From: Polyangiales bacterium
GTDB taxonomy: Bacteria > Myxococcota_A > Polyangia > Polyangiales > Ga0077539
Length of the DNA stretch: 64,000 nucleotides
Assembly: GCA_044229975.1 (NCBI GenBank)
Contig: JBGARZ010000001.1
Location: forward strand, 704,001-768,000
Direction of reading: 5' to 3'
Positions 49,693 through 61,856 of the stretch are shown here, one piece after another (the stretch's first letter is position 1; each line of letters begins with the position of its first letter). The translations under genes were made by a program, and so were the position numbers. The notes under the pieces are model-generated. The model saw only the letters and a program-made list of their open reading frames with translations. It ran no database searches and was not told where the DNA came from.

Positions 49693-50988
49693 TTACTCCC
49701 CCATCGCCCGATCGAGCTCGATGCGCGCGAGCCACGCCTCTCGCAGCACCTCCAGCGCCCGCGCCGCCAGCTCCAGCCGCTCGCGCCGCGCCTCCTGCAC
49801 CCTGAACCACTCCAGGTTGCCCGCGGCCCACGTCACCTCGGCCTGCTGCTCCAGCCGCGACGCCGCCGGCAGCGCCCGCTGCTCCAGCACATCGAGCTCC
49901 GCGAGCGCGCCCTCCAGCCGACGCGCCGCGGCCTCTACCTCGCGCGACACCACCCGCTGAAGCATCCGGGCGTCCGCCCGCGACGCCGACGCCTCGGCCG
50001 ACGCCACCGCCCGCTCGCCCTGCGCCCGCCGCACCACCGGCAGCTCCCACCGCAGCGACATGCCGAGGGTGTTGGCCGTCTCCTGCGGACCCACCGCCAC
50101 CTGCTGCGCCTCCAGGCCCACCACGAGCGGCGCCACCGCCTCGCGCCCCTGCCGCACCCCGCGCGCTGACGCCTCCGCCGCCGTCGCCGTCGCCGCCCGA
50201 ACCTCTCCGCGCCGTCTCGCCGCCACGCCTGCCGCGTGCGCCGCACCCTCCGCCGAAGAGCCCGTCGGGCGCTCCAGCGCGGCCACGTCGAGGTGGCTGT
50301 GCGACGGCAGGTCGAGCGCCATCCGCAGCGCATCGCCCGCCTCCATCCGCATCCGCGTCGCCCGCAACAGGTCGGCCTCCGCCTCGGCCCGCTCGCGCTG
50401 GACCAGCCCCCGATCGAGCGCCGTCGACTCGCCCGCGTCGACCCGCGCCTGCATCCGCGTCTCGGCCTCCTGCGCCGACGCGAGCCGCGCCCGCTGGATC
50501 GCCTCCAGCGCCCGCGCGACCCCCACCGCCACCCACGCGTTGCGCGCCTCGGCCTCGGCGTGCGCCCGCTCGGCGTCGAGCCGCGCCGTCCCCGCGACCA
50601 CGGCCGCCTCGACCTCCCGCGACCGCGCGCGACCGACGCCCACGAGGTCGATGGGCAACCCCAGCGAGACCGCGTACGTGAGCGCCCCGTAGTCGGGCAG
50701 ACCGGGCAGCGCCATCACGCCGATGGTGGGGTTGCCAACCCGCGGGAGATCACCCAGCACCCGACCCGCCTGCGCCACCCGCAGCGCGTGCTCGGCGCGC
50801 CGCACCCGGTACGCCGCTCGTCGCGCGCGCGTTCGGACCTCGGCGTCCGTCCACACGGTCGGGGACTCTTCGTGGGCTGCCTCGGGCAACGGTTGTGCGG
50901 CAACGGACCGCAGGGGGCTCACGCTCGCCACACCGGTGATGAGCGCCATGAGCGGGCATAGGCGCCACCGGGACTTCTGTCTGTGCAT
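49693..50988 (-). CDS. TolC/CzcC-like outer-membrane efflux protein
   Basis: Signal peptide; two helical repeats; LSLPID and LRWELPV strands; RVDAGE motif. Confidence 0.75.
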   Translation of the reverse strand: MHRQKSRWRLCPLMALITGVASVSPLRSVAAQPLPEAAHEESPTVWTDAEVRTRARRAAYRVRRAEHALRVAQAGRVLGDLPRVGNPTIGVMALPGLPDYGALTYAVSLGLPIDLVGVGRARSREVEAAVVAGTARLDAERAHAEAEARNAWVAVGVARALEAIQRARLASAQEAETRMQARVDAGESTALDRGLVQRERAEAEADLLRATRMRMEAGDALRMALDLPSHSHLDVAALERPTGSSAEGAAHAAGVAARRRGEVRAATATAAEASARGVRQGREAVAPLVVGLEAQQVAVGPQETANTLGMSLRWELPVVRRAQGERAVASAEASASRADARMLQRVVSREVEAAARRLEGALAELDVLEQRALPAASRLEQQAEVTWAAGNLEWFRVQEARRERLELAARALEVLREAWLARIELDRAMGE

Positions 50989-51026
50989 TGGGCGGTCGCG
51001 TCAGCGAGACGCGTGCCGACCCCGGC

Positions 51027-52307
51027 TCAGCCCTTCGGCCAGGTGAAGCGGAAGCTCGCCCCGCGGCCCTCTTCCGACTCCAGCCACGCCGTCCCGCCGC
51101 CCGCCGTGACGATTCTCCGCACCACCGCGAGGCCCACACCGGTCCCCTCGATGCCGTCGCGCGAAGCAGTCTGAAACATCCCCCACACCCGCTCGTGCGC
51201 GCTCGGTGCGATGCCCGGCCCCTCGTCCGTGATCGCGAACTCCCACCACTCGCCCACGTCGCGCGCCGTCACGGTGACCCGCGCCCTCTGCCCCGGCCGA
51301 ACGCCGTGCTTCAGCGCGTTGCCGATGAGGTTGAGAAACACCCGCTGCAACGGAACCCTCGCCGTCCGCAACACGGGCATGCCCTCGCGCACGCTCACCG
51401 ACCCGGCGTTGGCCGCCGACGTCAGCATCCCCGCGACCTCCACGACCAGCGCCCAGACGTCGACCTCCTCGTCGCCGTCGCCCTGCTGCCGCGCGCGCGA
51501 GTAGCTGAGGATGCCCTCGACCAGCTCTTCCAGTCCCTTCACGCGACGACGCAACATCATCAGGTGCCCGCGCACCTCCGCCGGGAGGTCGTCGCTGAGG
51601 TCTTCCGCCACGCAGTCGGCGAGCACGGCGACGTTGCGCAGCGGCGCCCGCAGGTCGTGCGACGTGACGTACGCGAAGCGATCGAGCTCGGCGTTGGTGT
51701 GCTCCAGCGCAGCGATGAGCTCACCGCGGCGACGGGCTTCTTCCTCGGCCCGCGCGACGGCCCGCTGCGCGTCGCGGTAGAGCAGCGAGTTGTCCACGGC
51801 CACCGCCGTGTGCAGGGCGAAGTCCTCCGCGAGCGCGAGGTCGTCCGGCCCAAACACCCTCCCCGACACGTCCGTCGCGAGCGAGAGCGCGCCGACGATA
51901 CGGTCGCGCACCTTCAACGGAACGATGATGGACGAGCGCATCTGGAGACCGCGCAGCACCCGCAGGTGCTCGGCGTCGAAGGCCGCCCGCACGAGAAACT
52001 CGTCGGTGATCGACGGCACCAGCTCGGCGCGCCCCGTCTGCATCACCCGCGCGACGCCGTAGCGCGGATCGGGCGTGGCCACGTGTCGCGCGACGAGCTG
52101 ACCCGCGAGCTCGCGCAGCGCAGGGTCGACGTGGGCGACCTCCACGCGCCGGGCCTCGCGACCGTCCTCGGAGACGTACACCGCGCAGCCGTCGCAGAGC
52201 GTCGGCACCAGCAGGTGCGCCGCGCGGCGCAGCGTCTCCTCGAAGTCGAGCGACGACACGAGCTCGCGGCTCGCCTCCAGCAGAAACCGCTGCGAGCCGT
52301 CGGTCAT
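51027..52307 (-). CDS. GAF-domain sensor histidine kinase
   Basis: SSLDFEETL GAF start, SHDLRAPL, NLIGNALKH, DEGPGI, GTGVGL. Confidence 0.92.
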   Translation of the reverse strand: MTDGSQRFLLEASRELVSSLDFEETLRRAAHLLVPTLCDGCAVYVSEDGREARRVEVAHVDPALRELAGQLVARHVATPDPRYGVARVMQTGRAELVPSITDEFLVRAAFDAEHLRVLRGLQMRSSIIVPLKVRDRIVGALSLATDVSGRVFGPDDLALAEDFALHTAVAVDNSLLYRDAQRAVARAEEEARRRGELIAALEHTNAELDRFAYVTSHDLRAPLRNVAVLADCVAEDLSDDLPAEVRGHLMMLRRRVKGLEELVEGILSYSRARQQGDGDEEVDVWALVVEVAGMLTSAANAGSVSVREGMPVLRTARVPLQRVFLNLIGNALKHGVRPGQRARVTVTARDVGEWWEFAITDEGPGIAPSAHERVWGMFQTASRDGIEGTGVGLAVVRRIVTAGGGTAWLESEEGRGASFRFTWPKG

Positions 52308-52356
52308 CGGGAGGACCTTCTTGAAGGGATGGAGGACGAGCGGAGGGAGCGAGCGA

Positions 52357-54420
<2,064 letters not shown>

Positions 54421-54505
54421 CCTCTCCTTCGGCGCCCGCCCAGCGCGGGACGCCCTCGCATCGTAGGGTTTTTCGCCGCCCGTGGCCAGACGCGACTACG
54501 CCCGC

Positions 54506-55807
54506 CTACGGACCGTAGAGCGTGATGGCGCTGGCGCCCTGCGCCTGTTCGAGGTCGATGGTCAGGCACGACACGTCGGGCACCACCTGGCGCAGCCGCA
54601 GCTCGAACACCATCCCCGCGGCCATCCGCGTGAGCAGCGTCGGCGCGAAGGCCGTGTACGGCACCGTCACGGTCACCGGCGGCGCGAGGTTGGCGTCGAT
54701 GGAGAACGACGTCACCGCCGTGGTGCCCACCAGCAGATCGAACACCGCGCGCACCATGTTGCGGGGGCAGGTGGTGGTGTCGGACGAGAGGTTCCAGCGG
54801 TTGATGCGGAGCTGGAGACTGACGCCCGTGTACATGCCCTGCGGCACGTCGCGCACACCCAGGAACGACCCCATCGTCGTCGTCGCGCTCGCCGTCGTCG
54901 GGAAGTTCTCCCCCGACATCAAGTGCGGGAAGTACACCGTCCGCGCGACGTCGGTGTTGGTCTGGCACGCGCAGCGGTTGACCGGGCGCAGCGTCGTCGC
55001 AAAGGGCTCGATGCGCGCGGCGTTTTCGCCGACCCACAGCCGGTGCGCGCTGGTGGCCGCGTTGACGTCGAAGCCCGTCACGGCGAAGTACACCACCTCC
55101 CCCCGCCGGAGCGTCGGCGTGGCCGCGAGGTCGAGCGTGGACACCAGCGGCGTGCACGCGACGCCACCGTCCCCGCCGCCGCCGCCGCACGTCGGACAGC
55201 GGGCGGTGTCGCGGCCGTTGCTGAGGTCGTCAGCGCACCCGAGCGGGCTCGCGAGGTCGCCCGCGTTGCAAGACCACATCGCGTAGACGCGGGTGTCGAG
55301 CGTGGTGCAGTGCTGCGTGTTGGTGGTGGCCGTGACGCTGCCGCCCTCGACCACCTGGTAGCGGTAGATGCGCGTCGGCGGCGTGCGGACGTCGTCGCGC
55401 GTGGGGCAGCCCTGGAGCGTGACGCCGCCGTCGGTGGTCACCGTCGGCAGCCCGAGCATGGGCGCGCCCTGGAGGTTGTTGAGCGCCATCGCATAGGCCA
55501 GCGTCGGCGCAGGCTGTCCCCCCGAGCGCGGCGGCGCCACGGGCGGCGTCAACGGAACCGCCGAGACCCCGGTGGCGTTGCACGCTCCGACTCGCAGCGA
55601 ATCCTGGTCGACCACCCCGGCGTCGTTGGGACCGACGCCCTGGTCGGTCGACACGTCCGACGCCTGGACGTCCGGCGCGGTGCCCACGTCGACGCGCGGC
55701 CGATCGACGACCGCCGCGGCGTCGCGACGACGGAGGGCGTCGAGGTCGTAGCTGCAACCGGTGGCGACGACGGCGAGCGCCGCGAGACCGAGACACGCCT
55801 TCGTCAC
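54506..55807 (-). CDS. Cys-rich lipoprotein, unknown function
   Basis: Lipobox ATGC; LDTRVY...LGCADD; GTGA overlap with the upstream TPR gene. Confidence 0.7.
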   Translation of the reverse strand: MTKACLGLAALAVVATGCSYDLDALRRRDAAAVVDRPRVDVGTAPDVQASDVSTDQGVGPNDAGVVDQDSLRVGACNATGVSAVPLTPPVAPPRSGGQPAPTLAYAMALNNLQGAPMLGLPTVTTDGGVTLQGCPTRDDVRTPPTRIYRYQVVEGGSVTATTNTQHCTTLDTRVYAMWSCNAGDLASPLGCADDLSNGRDTARCPTCGGGGGDGGVACTPLVSTLDLAATPTLRRGEVVYFAVTGFDVNAATSAHRLWVGENAARIEPFATTLRPVNRCACQTNTDVARTVYFPHLMSGENFPTTASATTTMGSFLGVRDVPQGMYTGVSLQLRINRWNLSSDTTTCPRNMVRAVFDLLVGTTAVTSFSIDANLAPPVTVTVPYTAFAPTLLTRMAAGMVFELRLRQVVPDVSCLTIDLEQAQGASAITLYGP

Positions 55808-56583
55808 AGCGTCCCCTCCCACCCGAGCACGGCCCCGCCCTGCGTCGGAAGCACCGCCAGGCCCCGCAGCACGTCGCGCGCGACGCGCGGCCGGTCGCTG
55901 GTGCGATCGACGACCAGCGCGGTGATGGTGAGCGCCGCGAAGACCCCCGCGGCGACGATCGATCCGTTGACCAGCCCCTGGCGCAACTGCATGTCGCTGA
56001 TGTCCGACTCGTTGCAGCCCGTGGCGCTGCGGGCGCAGCCGCGCGCGAGGTCGTTGTAGCGCTGGTTGGCGAGCAGCCCGATGCCCACGGCGAGCCCGCC
56101 CGACACGACGGTGAGCCCCCCGGCGACCCAGGCGGTCACCTGCCACGGGCGCACCGAGTTGACGACCACGGGCCGCTCGACGACGACCACCTGCGGGGGC
56201 GGGGGAGCGACGGGCGGCGGCTCGTAGTTCTGGTGCTGGATCTCGACGTCGATGATGCGGATGCGCCCCTCGACCTCGGCCCGATCGGGCGCGTCGGAGA
56301 CGGCGTCGAGGTAGCGCTGGAGGGCCGAGCGGGCCTCATCCCACCGGTGCAAGCGCTCGTAGGTGGTGCCGATGTTGTAGAGGAGCTGCGCGCGCCGCGA
56401 GAGGGCGTAGGCGCGCTCGAACTCGGTCACGGCGGAGGCGAAGTCACCGCGGGAGAAGGCGTCGCGCCCGGCGGTGAAGTGGGTCCTCGCTTCGGCGTCG
56501 CGGTTGGGGTCGGCGGGCTGCGCGGACGCGACCATCGGGCACAGCGTCGCGGCGACGAGGGCGGTGGCGAAGGGGCGGCGCAT
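55804..56583 (-). CDS. Exported TPR protein
   Basis: Signal peptide; AVTEFERAY..LLYNIG..A..ALQRYL; C-terminal hydrophobic segments. Confidence 0.8.
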   Translation of the reverse strand: MRRPFATALVAATLCPMVASAQPADPNRDAEARTHFTAGRDAFSRGDFASAVTEFERAYALSRRAQLLYNIGTTYERLHRWDEARSALQRYLDAVSDAPDRAEVEGRIRIIDVEIQHQNYEPPPVAPPPPQVVVVERPVVVNSVRPWQVTAWVAGGLTVVSGGLAVGIGLLANQRYNDLARGCARSATGCNESDISDMQLRQGLVNGSIVAAGVFAALTITALVVDRTSDRPRVARDVLRGLAVLPTQGGAVLGWEGTL

Positions 56584-56632
56584 GGCGCGCGGACTATACC
56601 GTCACGGCGCCGCGGACCAACAACAACCGCGC

Positions 56633-57727
56633 TCAACCCTGGCGTTGTGAGATGCGCTCTAGCAGTCGGGTGCGGGCGAGCGGCGGGAGGAAGGGGGTCA
56701 CGTCGCCGCCGAAGCTGGCGACCTCCTTCACGAGCGAGGAGCTCACGTAGAAGTACTCCTGCGCCGTCATGAGAAACACCGTCTCGACCCCGGGCGCGAG
56801 GTGGTGGTTCATGCACGCCATCTGGAACTCGTACTCGAAATCGCCGACCGCGCGCAGCCCGCGGATGATGGCCGTGGCGCCGCGCTTCTTGGCGTAGTCG
56901 ACGAGGAGCCCGTCGATGCGGTCGATCTCCACGCGGGGGTCGTCGGCGAGGATGGCGCGCAGCATCTCGACGCGCTCGTCGGCGGTGAAGAGCGACGCCT
57001 TGCGGGGGTTGCTGGCGACGGCGACGACGAGGCGATCGCAGAGGGCGGCGCCGCGGCGGATGATGTCGACGTGCCCGTTGGTGGGCGGGTCGAAGGAGCC
57101 GGCGTAGACGGCCACGCGCGCGGGCTTCGCTTCGGCCACGGGCTCCGGGTCGGGCTTCGCTTCGGTCGCGGACTTCGGGGAGTAGAGGCTCACGGAGGTG
57201 TCACCGTACGCGCGGGTGTCGGGCGGTCCGAGCGCCGCCGCGAGGGCGGTCGGGAGCGTGACGGTCTCCTTCGAGGCGTGCTCGACGACGACGACGGCGT
57301 CGGGCGCGAGGAGGTCTTCCTTCACCAGGACGGTGAGGGCCTCGCGTTCGAGGTGATGACCGTAGGGAGGGTCGATGAAGACGAGGTCGTACGGCCCGCC
57401 GCCGCGCTTCAGCGCGCGACGAACGTCACGCAGCACGACGGAGTAGAGGGCCGGGTCGCACTCGAGCTCCTGGAGGTTGGTCTCGACGGTCTGACAGAGG
57501 CCGCGGTCGCACTCGACGAAGGTCGCGTGGGCGGCGCCGCGCGAGAGGGCCTCGATGCCGAGGGCGCCGGTGCCTGCGAAGAGGTCGAGCACGCGGGCGC
57601 CGTCGATGCGCGACGAGACGATGTTGAAGACGGCCTCGCGCACACGATCGCTGGTGGGCCGGGTCTCCGCGCCCCGAGGTGGGCCGAGGAGACGACGGCC
57701 ACGCCAGGTTCCGCCGATGACGCGCAT
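56633..57727 (-). CDS. rsmD-coaD: Fused 16S rRNA m2G966 methyltransferase RsmD / phosphopantetheine adenylyltransferase CoaD
   Basis: MRVIGG..RGR, TRPTSDRVREA, LDLFAGTG, DPPY, YGDT; then, with no stop, YAGSFDPPTNGH, RGLRA..DFEYE, SSSLVKE. Confidence 0.9.
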   Translation of the reverse strand: MRVIGGTWRGRRLLGPPRGAETRPTSDRVREAVFNIVSSRIDGARVLDLFAGTGALGIEALSRGAAHATFVECDRGLCQTVETNLQELECDPALYSVVLRDVRRALKRGGGPYDLVFIDPPYGHHLEREALTVLVKEDLLAPDAVVVVEHASKETVTLPTALAAALGPPDTRAYGDTSVSLYSPKSATEAKPDPEPVAEAKPARVAVYAGSFDPPTNGHVDIIRRGAALCDRLVVAVASNPRKASLFTADERVEMLRAILADDPRVEIDRIDGLLVDYAKKRGATAIIRGLRAVGDFEYEFQMACMNHHLAPGVETVFLMTAQEYFYVSSSLVKEVASFGGDVTPFLPPLARTRLLERISQRQG

Positions 57728-57743
57728 GGAGGGGGACGAACGC

Positions 57744-58814
57744 TCAGAAGGTGTACGAGAGCGACATGCCGTTGGTGGCGCCGATGATGGGCGCCACGTT
57801 GATGCGCGCCGAGGCGGGCAACGGCTGCGGGGTGGCGGGCGTCTCGGTGCGCGGGCGATCGACGACGATGAGCACCGCGCCGGCGACGGCGAGGACGGCG
57901 CCGCCGATGCCGAGCCCGAGGGCCAGCGAACGGGCGGTGCTGTTGGACGAGCAGAGGTCGCGCACCTGCGCGGCGTCGGCGCCCGAGCGCTGCTGGGCAA
58001 GGTCGCAGACCTCGCTGGCCGAACGGGTGCGGGCGTAGTTTTCGTTGGCCTGGAAGCGCGACCACGCGCCGTAGGGCTCGGCCGAGAGCGGCGTGGACTC
58101 GGTGGCGCTGCTCGACTGGCCCGACGAGATGACGGCCTCGACGATGCCGACGATGCCGAGCGCGGCGCCGACGCCGAGGGCGCCGAAGCCGATGTAGCGG
58201 AGCACCGGCGTGCGCGGGGGCGGCGGGCGCTCGATGACGACCTGCTGCACCTGAAGCGCCGGAAACGACGGGTTGGGGTTGACCGCCGGGTTGGTCGGCG
58301 TGACGGGCGCCGGGCGGTCGTTGGTGGAGATCTCGCCGAGGGCGCGGGTGGCGACGCCCTGGAGCTCGGTGGCGTTGGTGGCCTGGGCGCGCGTGAGCAC
58401 CTGGGAGAAGCGGTGCACCTCGCGGCGCGTGCCGTCGTCCCAGAGGCTGATCTCCACGTTGAGGGAGGCGTTGCGGCCGCGGCCGATGCGGGTGATCGAC
58501 CCGTAGATGACCTTCGGCGCGTGGATGTCATCGGCCACGAGGTGGAGACAGTCCGGGCCCGTCGACGAGCACCCGGCGACCGCCATCTCCTGCTCCATGG
58601 CGGGGGAGTTCTCCGGAACCTCGTAGCCAGCGGCGCGGGCCGCTGCGCGGAGCTGCACGCTGAGCTGCGTGGCGATCTCGTCGTCACCGTCAGGCGCGCG
58701 GAGACCGAGGACGTGGGCAGCGCCGTGGTTGGTGGTCTGCGCGGCGGCGAGGCTGCTGGAGAGGGAGAGGCCGATGGCGAGACCGAGGCCGAGACGAAGC
58801 GGTGACGGGCGCAT
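57744..58814 (-). CDS. Exported hypothetical protein
   Basis: Signal peptide ending AAA; C-terminal hydrophobic segments and terminal YTF. Confidence 0.7.
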   Translation of the reverse strand: MRPSPLRLGLGLAIGLSLSSSLAAAQTTNHGAAHVLGLRAPDGDDEIATQLSVQLRAAARAAGYEVPENSPAMEQEMAVAGCSSTGPDCLHLVADDIHAPKVIYGSITRIGRGRNASLNVEISLWDDGTRREVHRFSQVLTRAQATNATELQGVATRALGEISTNDRPAPVTPTNPAVNPNPSFPALQVQQVVIERPPPPRTPVLRYIGFGALGVGAALGIVGIVEAVISSGQSSSATESTPLSAEPYGAWSRFQANENYARTRSASEVCDLAQQRSGADAAQVRDLCSSNSTARSLALGLGIGGAVLAVAGAVLIVVDRPRTETPATPQPLPASARINVAPIIGATNGMSLSYTF

Positions 58815-58963
58815 GCGGGACTCCTTCACGGGGCGTAGAGAGGGCGACCAGGCGATGGTCGTCCAGACGTTGGGGCGGATCATAGAAGACCCTCCGGGGA
58901 GAACGGAAGGGAATCCTCGGCGCAGGGTTGACGGACGCCCGCCGCGACGGGAGTGATGCGCCC

Positions 58964-59824
58964 GTGAGCGACCCATGGACCATCGGCCGGGTGTCCGCCT
59001 GGACCGCAAAAGACCTCGCGGGCCGAGGCATCGAGGGGGCGCGGCTCGACGCCGAGCTCATCGTCGCCCACGCCCTCAAGATCCGCCGCCTCGACGTGTA
59101 CCTGCGCTTCGAGCAGCCGCTGACCGAGCCCGAGCTCGCCACCATCCGCGCGCTCCTGGAGCGTCGCCGCAAGCGCGAGCCCATGGCGTACATCCTCGGC
59201 GAGCGGCACTTCTACAACCGCACCTTCAAGACCGACGCGCGGGCGCTGGTCCCGCGGCCCGAGACCGAGCTGCTCATCGAGGCGGCGCTGGAGCGCTTGA
59301 AGGCGCGCGGTGAGGCTACGCTGCGCGTGCTCGACCTCGGCACCGGAACCGGCGCCATCGCCATCACCCTCGCCCTGGAGTGCCCGAACGCCACCGTGGA
59401 CGCCGTCGACCTGAGCGAAGCGGCCCTCTCGCTCGCCCGCGAAAACGTCGCCCTCCACGGCCTCGAAGCCCGCGTCACGCTCCACCACGGCAGCCTCTTC
59501 AAGCCCGTCGGCGACGCCCGCTACGACCTCATCGCGAGCAACCCCCCGTACATCCCGACGGCGGAGTGCGACGAGCTCATGCCCGACGTCGCCCACTTCG
59601 AGCCCCGCCTCGCCCTCGACGGCGGCCCCGACGGGACCCTCATCCTCCGATCCCTCGTCATGGGAGCTCCCGCGCACCTGCTTCCGGGCGGTTCGCTCGT
59701 CGTCGAGCTCGGCCACGACCAGGGCCCCGCCGCCAAGGTCATCGCCGAGTCGGCCGGCTTCTCCACCATCGGAGTGATCCTCGACTACGCCCGCCTCGAT
59801 CGGGTGCTCACCGCTGACAAGTGA
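58964..59824 (+). CDS. prmC: Release factor glutamine methyltransferase
   Basis: REPMAYILG, LVPRPETE, LDLGTGTGAI, SNPPY, EPRLALDGG.DG. Confidence 0.95.
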   Translation: MSDPWTIGRVSAWTAKDLAGRGIEGARLDAELIVAHALKIRRLDVYLRFEQPLTEPELATIRALLERRRKREPMAYILGERHFYNRTFKTDARALVPRPETELLIEAALERLKARGEATLRVLDLGTGTGAIAITLALECPNATVDAVDLSEAALSLARENVALHGLEARVTLHHGSLFKPVGDARYDLIASNPPYIPTAECDELMPDVAHFEPRLALDGGPDGTLILRSLVMGAPAHLLPGGSLVVELGHDQGPAAKVIAESAGFSTIGVILDYARLDRVLTADK

Positions 59825-59840
59825 CAAGTACTACTTGACG
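59825..59840 (+). promoter_or_regulatory. Candidate operator overlapping a -35 box
   Basis: CAAGTA-C-TACTTG inverted repeat (59825-59837) overlapping TTGACG (59835-59840). Confidence 0.4.
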
Positions 59841-59893
59841 CTCAACGCTTACAGCCGCTAGAGACGGTAGGCGAGCACGCTGGAGGTTTGTCG

Positions 59894-61093
59894 ATGGCCT
59901 TGAAGTCCTCATGGCTCGACCGCGCCCGCGGTCTGGTCCCTGATCGATGGTTGCGTGACGCCAAGATGGTCGTCGACGGCCTCGCGGGTCGGTCGCCGCC
60001 GCCGTTCTCGTCGCGTCCCGGTGGGCAGTCGCCCGCGACGCCGACCCCGTCCGCGGTGCTGGCCGGTGCTCGTCCGATGAAGGTCGTCACTGTCACCCGT
60101 GAGACCCACGACGTGGTCTCGCTCACCCTCGTCGATCCGCGCGGTGAGGCCATCGCCTACCGACCGGGGCAGTTCTTCACCTTCGCGGTGCGGATCAATG
60201 GTGAGCTGCTGCGACGCGCCTACTCCGCTTCGCTGCCCATGGAAGCGGCGACGCCCGCGGGGTCGGTTCGTCTGACCATCAAGCGCGTCACCGGTGGTCG
60301 GGTGAGCAACCACCTCGTCGATCACGCGGCCGTGGGCGACACCCTCGACGTCTTTGGTCCGTCGGGCAGCTTCGTCGTCGACACGCCCCCGAAGACCCTG
60401 GTGCTGCTCGCAGGCGGATCGGGCGTCACGCCGCTCCACGCCATCGCCATGGACGTCCTCACCCGTCATCCCGAGACGCGCATCGTGTTCGTGGTGGGCA
60501 ATCGCTCCCATGAGGACATCATCTTCCACGACGAGCTCAACGCCCTGGTCGAGCGCTTCCCCGCGCAGCTCTCGTTGCGACTGGTGCTGAGCGTTCCGCC
60601 GGAGGAGTGGGCGGGCGGTGTCGGCATTCTCGACGCGGCGACCACGGTGCGCGAGCTCGGAGCGCTGGAGGGCGACGTCGACGCCTACGTCTGCGGGCCG
60701 ACCCCGATGATGGACGCCGGGCGCGAGGCCCTGCTCTCCCTCGGCGTCGCGGCCGAGCGCATTCGCGAGGAGCGCTTCTCTTCACCGACCAACGCTCCAG
60801 CGACCGACCGCCCTCGCGGCGACGTGGCGGTGACGGCGGTGGTCGGAGGCAAGCGCTACTCGGTGGTCAACCGTTCCAACGAGACGGTGCTGGAGTCGGC
60901 GCTGGGGGCAGGCGTTCCGATGCCGTATTCGTGCACGATGGGCGGATGCGGGGCGTGTCGGGTGAAGCTCCTCGAAGGTGAGATGGTGATGGAGGAGCCC
61001 AATTGCCTGACGCCGCAGGAGCGGGCCGACGGGTACATGCTCATCTGCATCGGCCGGGCGACGAGGGCCGCGGTGCTGGAGTCGGCGCCGTGA
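59894..61093 (+). CDS. FAD/NAD-binding oxidoreductase with C-terminal 2Fe-2S ferredoxin (PaaE/KshB-type)
   Basis: PGQF, RAYS, GRVSN, AGGSGVTP, YVCGP, ERF, CTMGGCGAC...C. Confidence 0.9.
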   Translation: MALKSSWLDRARGLVPDRWLRDAKMVVDGLAGRSPPPFSSRPGGQSPATPTPSAVLAGARPMKVVTVTRETHDVVSLTLVDPRGEAIAYRPGQFFTFAVRINGELLRRAYSASLPMEAATPAGSVRLTIKRVTGGRVSNHLVDHAAVGDTLDVFGPSGSFVVDTPPKTLVLLAGGSGVTPLHAIAMDVLTRHPETRIVFVVGNRSHEDIIFHDELNALVERFPAQLSLRLVLSVPPEEWAGGVGILDAATTVRELGALEGDVDAYVCGPTPMMDAGREALLSLGVAAERIREERFSSPTNAPATDRPRGDVAVTAVVGGKRYSVVNRSNETVLESALGAGVPMPYSCTMGGCGACRVKLLEGEMVMEEPNCLTPQERADGYMLICIGRATRAAVLESAP

Positions 61094-61833
61094 CGAAGGG
61101 CGACGGGGAGGGCGTCGACCGGGAGAAGTATCCGTATCGAATGAAGGAGCTGTGCGAGAAGACGGGAGTGCCCCGGCAGGTGGTGCACTTCTACGTGCAG
61201 CAGGGCCTCGTGCCCGAAGGCTACAAGACCAGCCGCAACATGGCCTGGTACGGCGACGAGCACGTCGAGCGCATCCGGCTCGTGCGACAGCTCCAGCACG
61301 AGCGCTTCCTGCCGCTCAAGGCCATCCGCGCGATGCTGGAGCAGCGCGACGAGGTGTTCTCTCCGTCGCAACGGATGTTGCTGGGCGAGGTGAAGGCGCG
61401 GCTGCGCGGGCGCAGCGTGGTGCCGTCGGGCGACCGTCCCGACACGGTGGCGGCGGACGAGCTCTGCACCCGCGCGGGCGTGACGCCGAGCGACTTCGGC
61501 GAGATCGCCGACCTCGGGCTCTTTGCGGTGTTGGAAGAGGGCGGCCGACGGCTCATCGCGCGCGACGACGCGTGGATGATCGAGCTGTGGGGCGAGCTCC
61601 AGGCGGTGGGCTTCACGCGGGAGCGCGGGTTCACCCCGGCGGATCTGGCGATCTACGACGAGGCCATCACGCAGCTCTTCGACCGTCAGGCGCGGCTGAT
61701 GGCGGGGCGGGTCGCGCAGATGCCGGCGGACGAGGCGGCGCGGATGCTGGAGCAGGGTTTACCGCTGGTGGGGATGCTGTTGTCACGGCTGCATTTGACG
61801 AAGGCGAGAAACTTCTTCGCGGCGATGGGCTGA
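61090..61833 (+). CDS. MerR-family transcriptional regulator
   Basis: YRMKELCEKTGV..VHFYVQQGLVP...Y..EHVERIRL..FLPLKAI; GTGA overlap with the reductase gene. Confidence 0.85.
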   Translation: MTKGDGEGVDREKYPYRMKELCEKTGVPRQVVHFYVQQGLVPEGYKTSRNMAWYGDEHVERIRLVRQLQHERFLPLKAIRAMLEQRDEVFSPSQRMLLGEVKARLRGRSVVPSGDRPDTVAADELCTRAGVTPSDFGEIADLGLFAVLEEGGRRLIARDDAWMIELWGELQAVGFTRERGFTPADLAIYDEAITQLFDRQARLMAGRVAQMPADEAARMLEQGLPLVGMLLSRLHLTKARNFFAAMG

Positions 61834-61856
61834 ACGGACACTGGAGGCCAACGACG

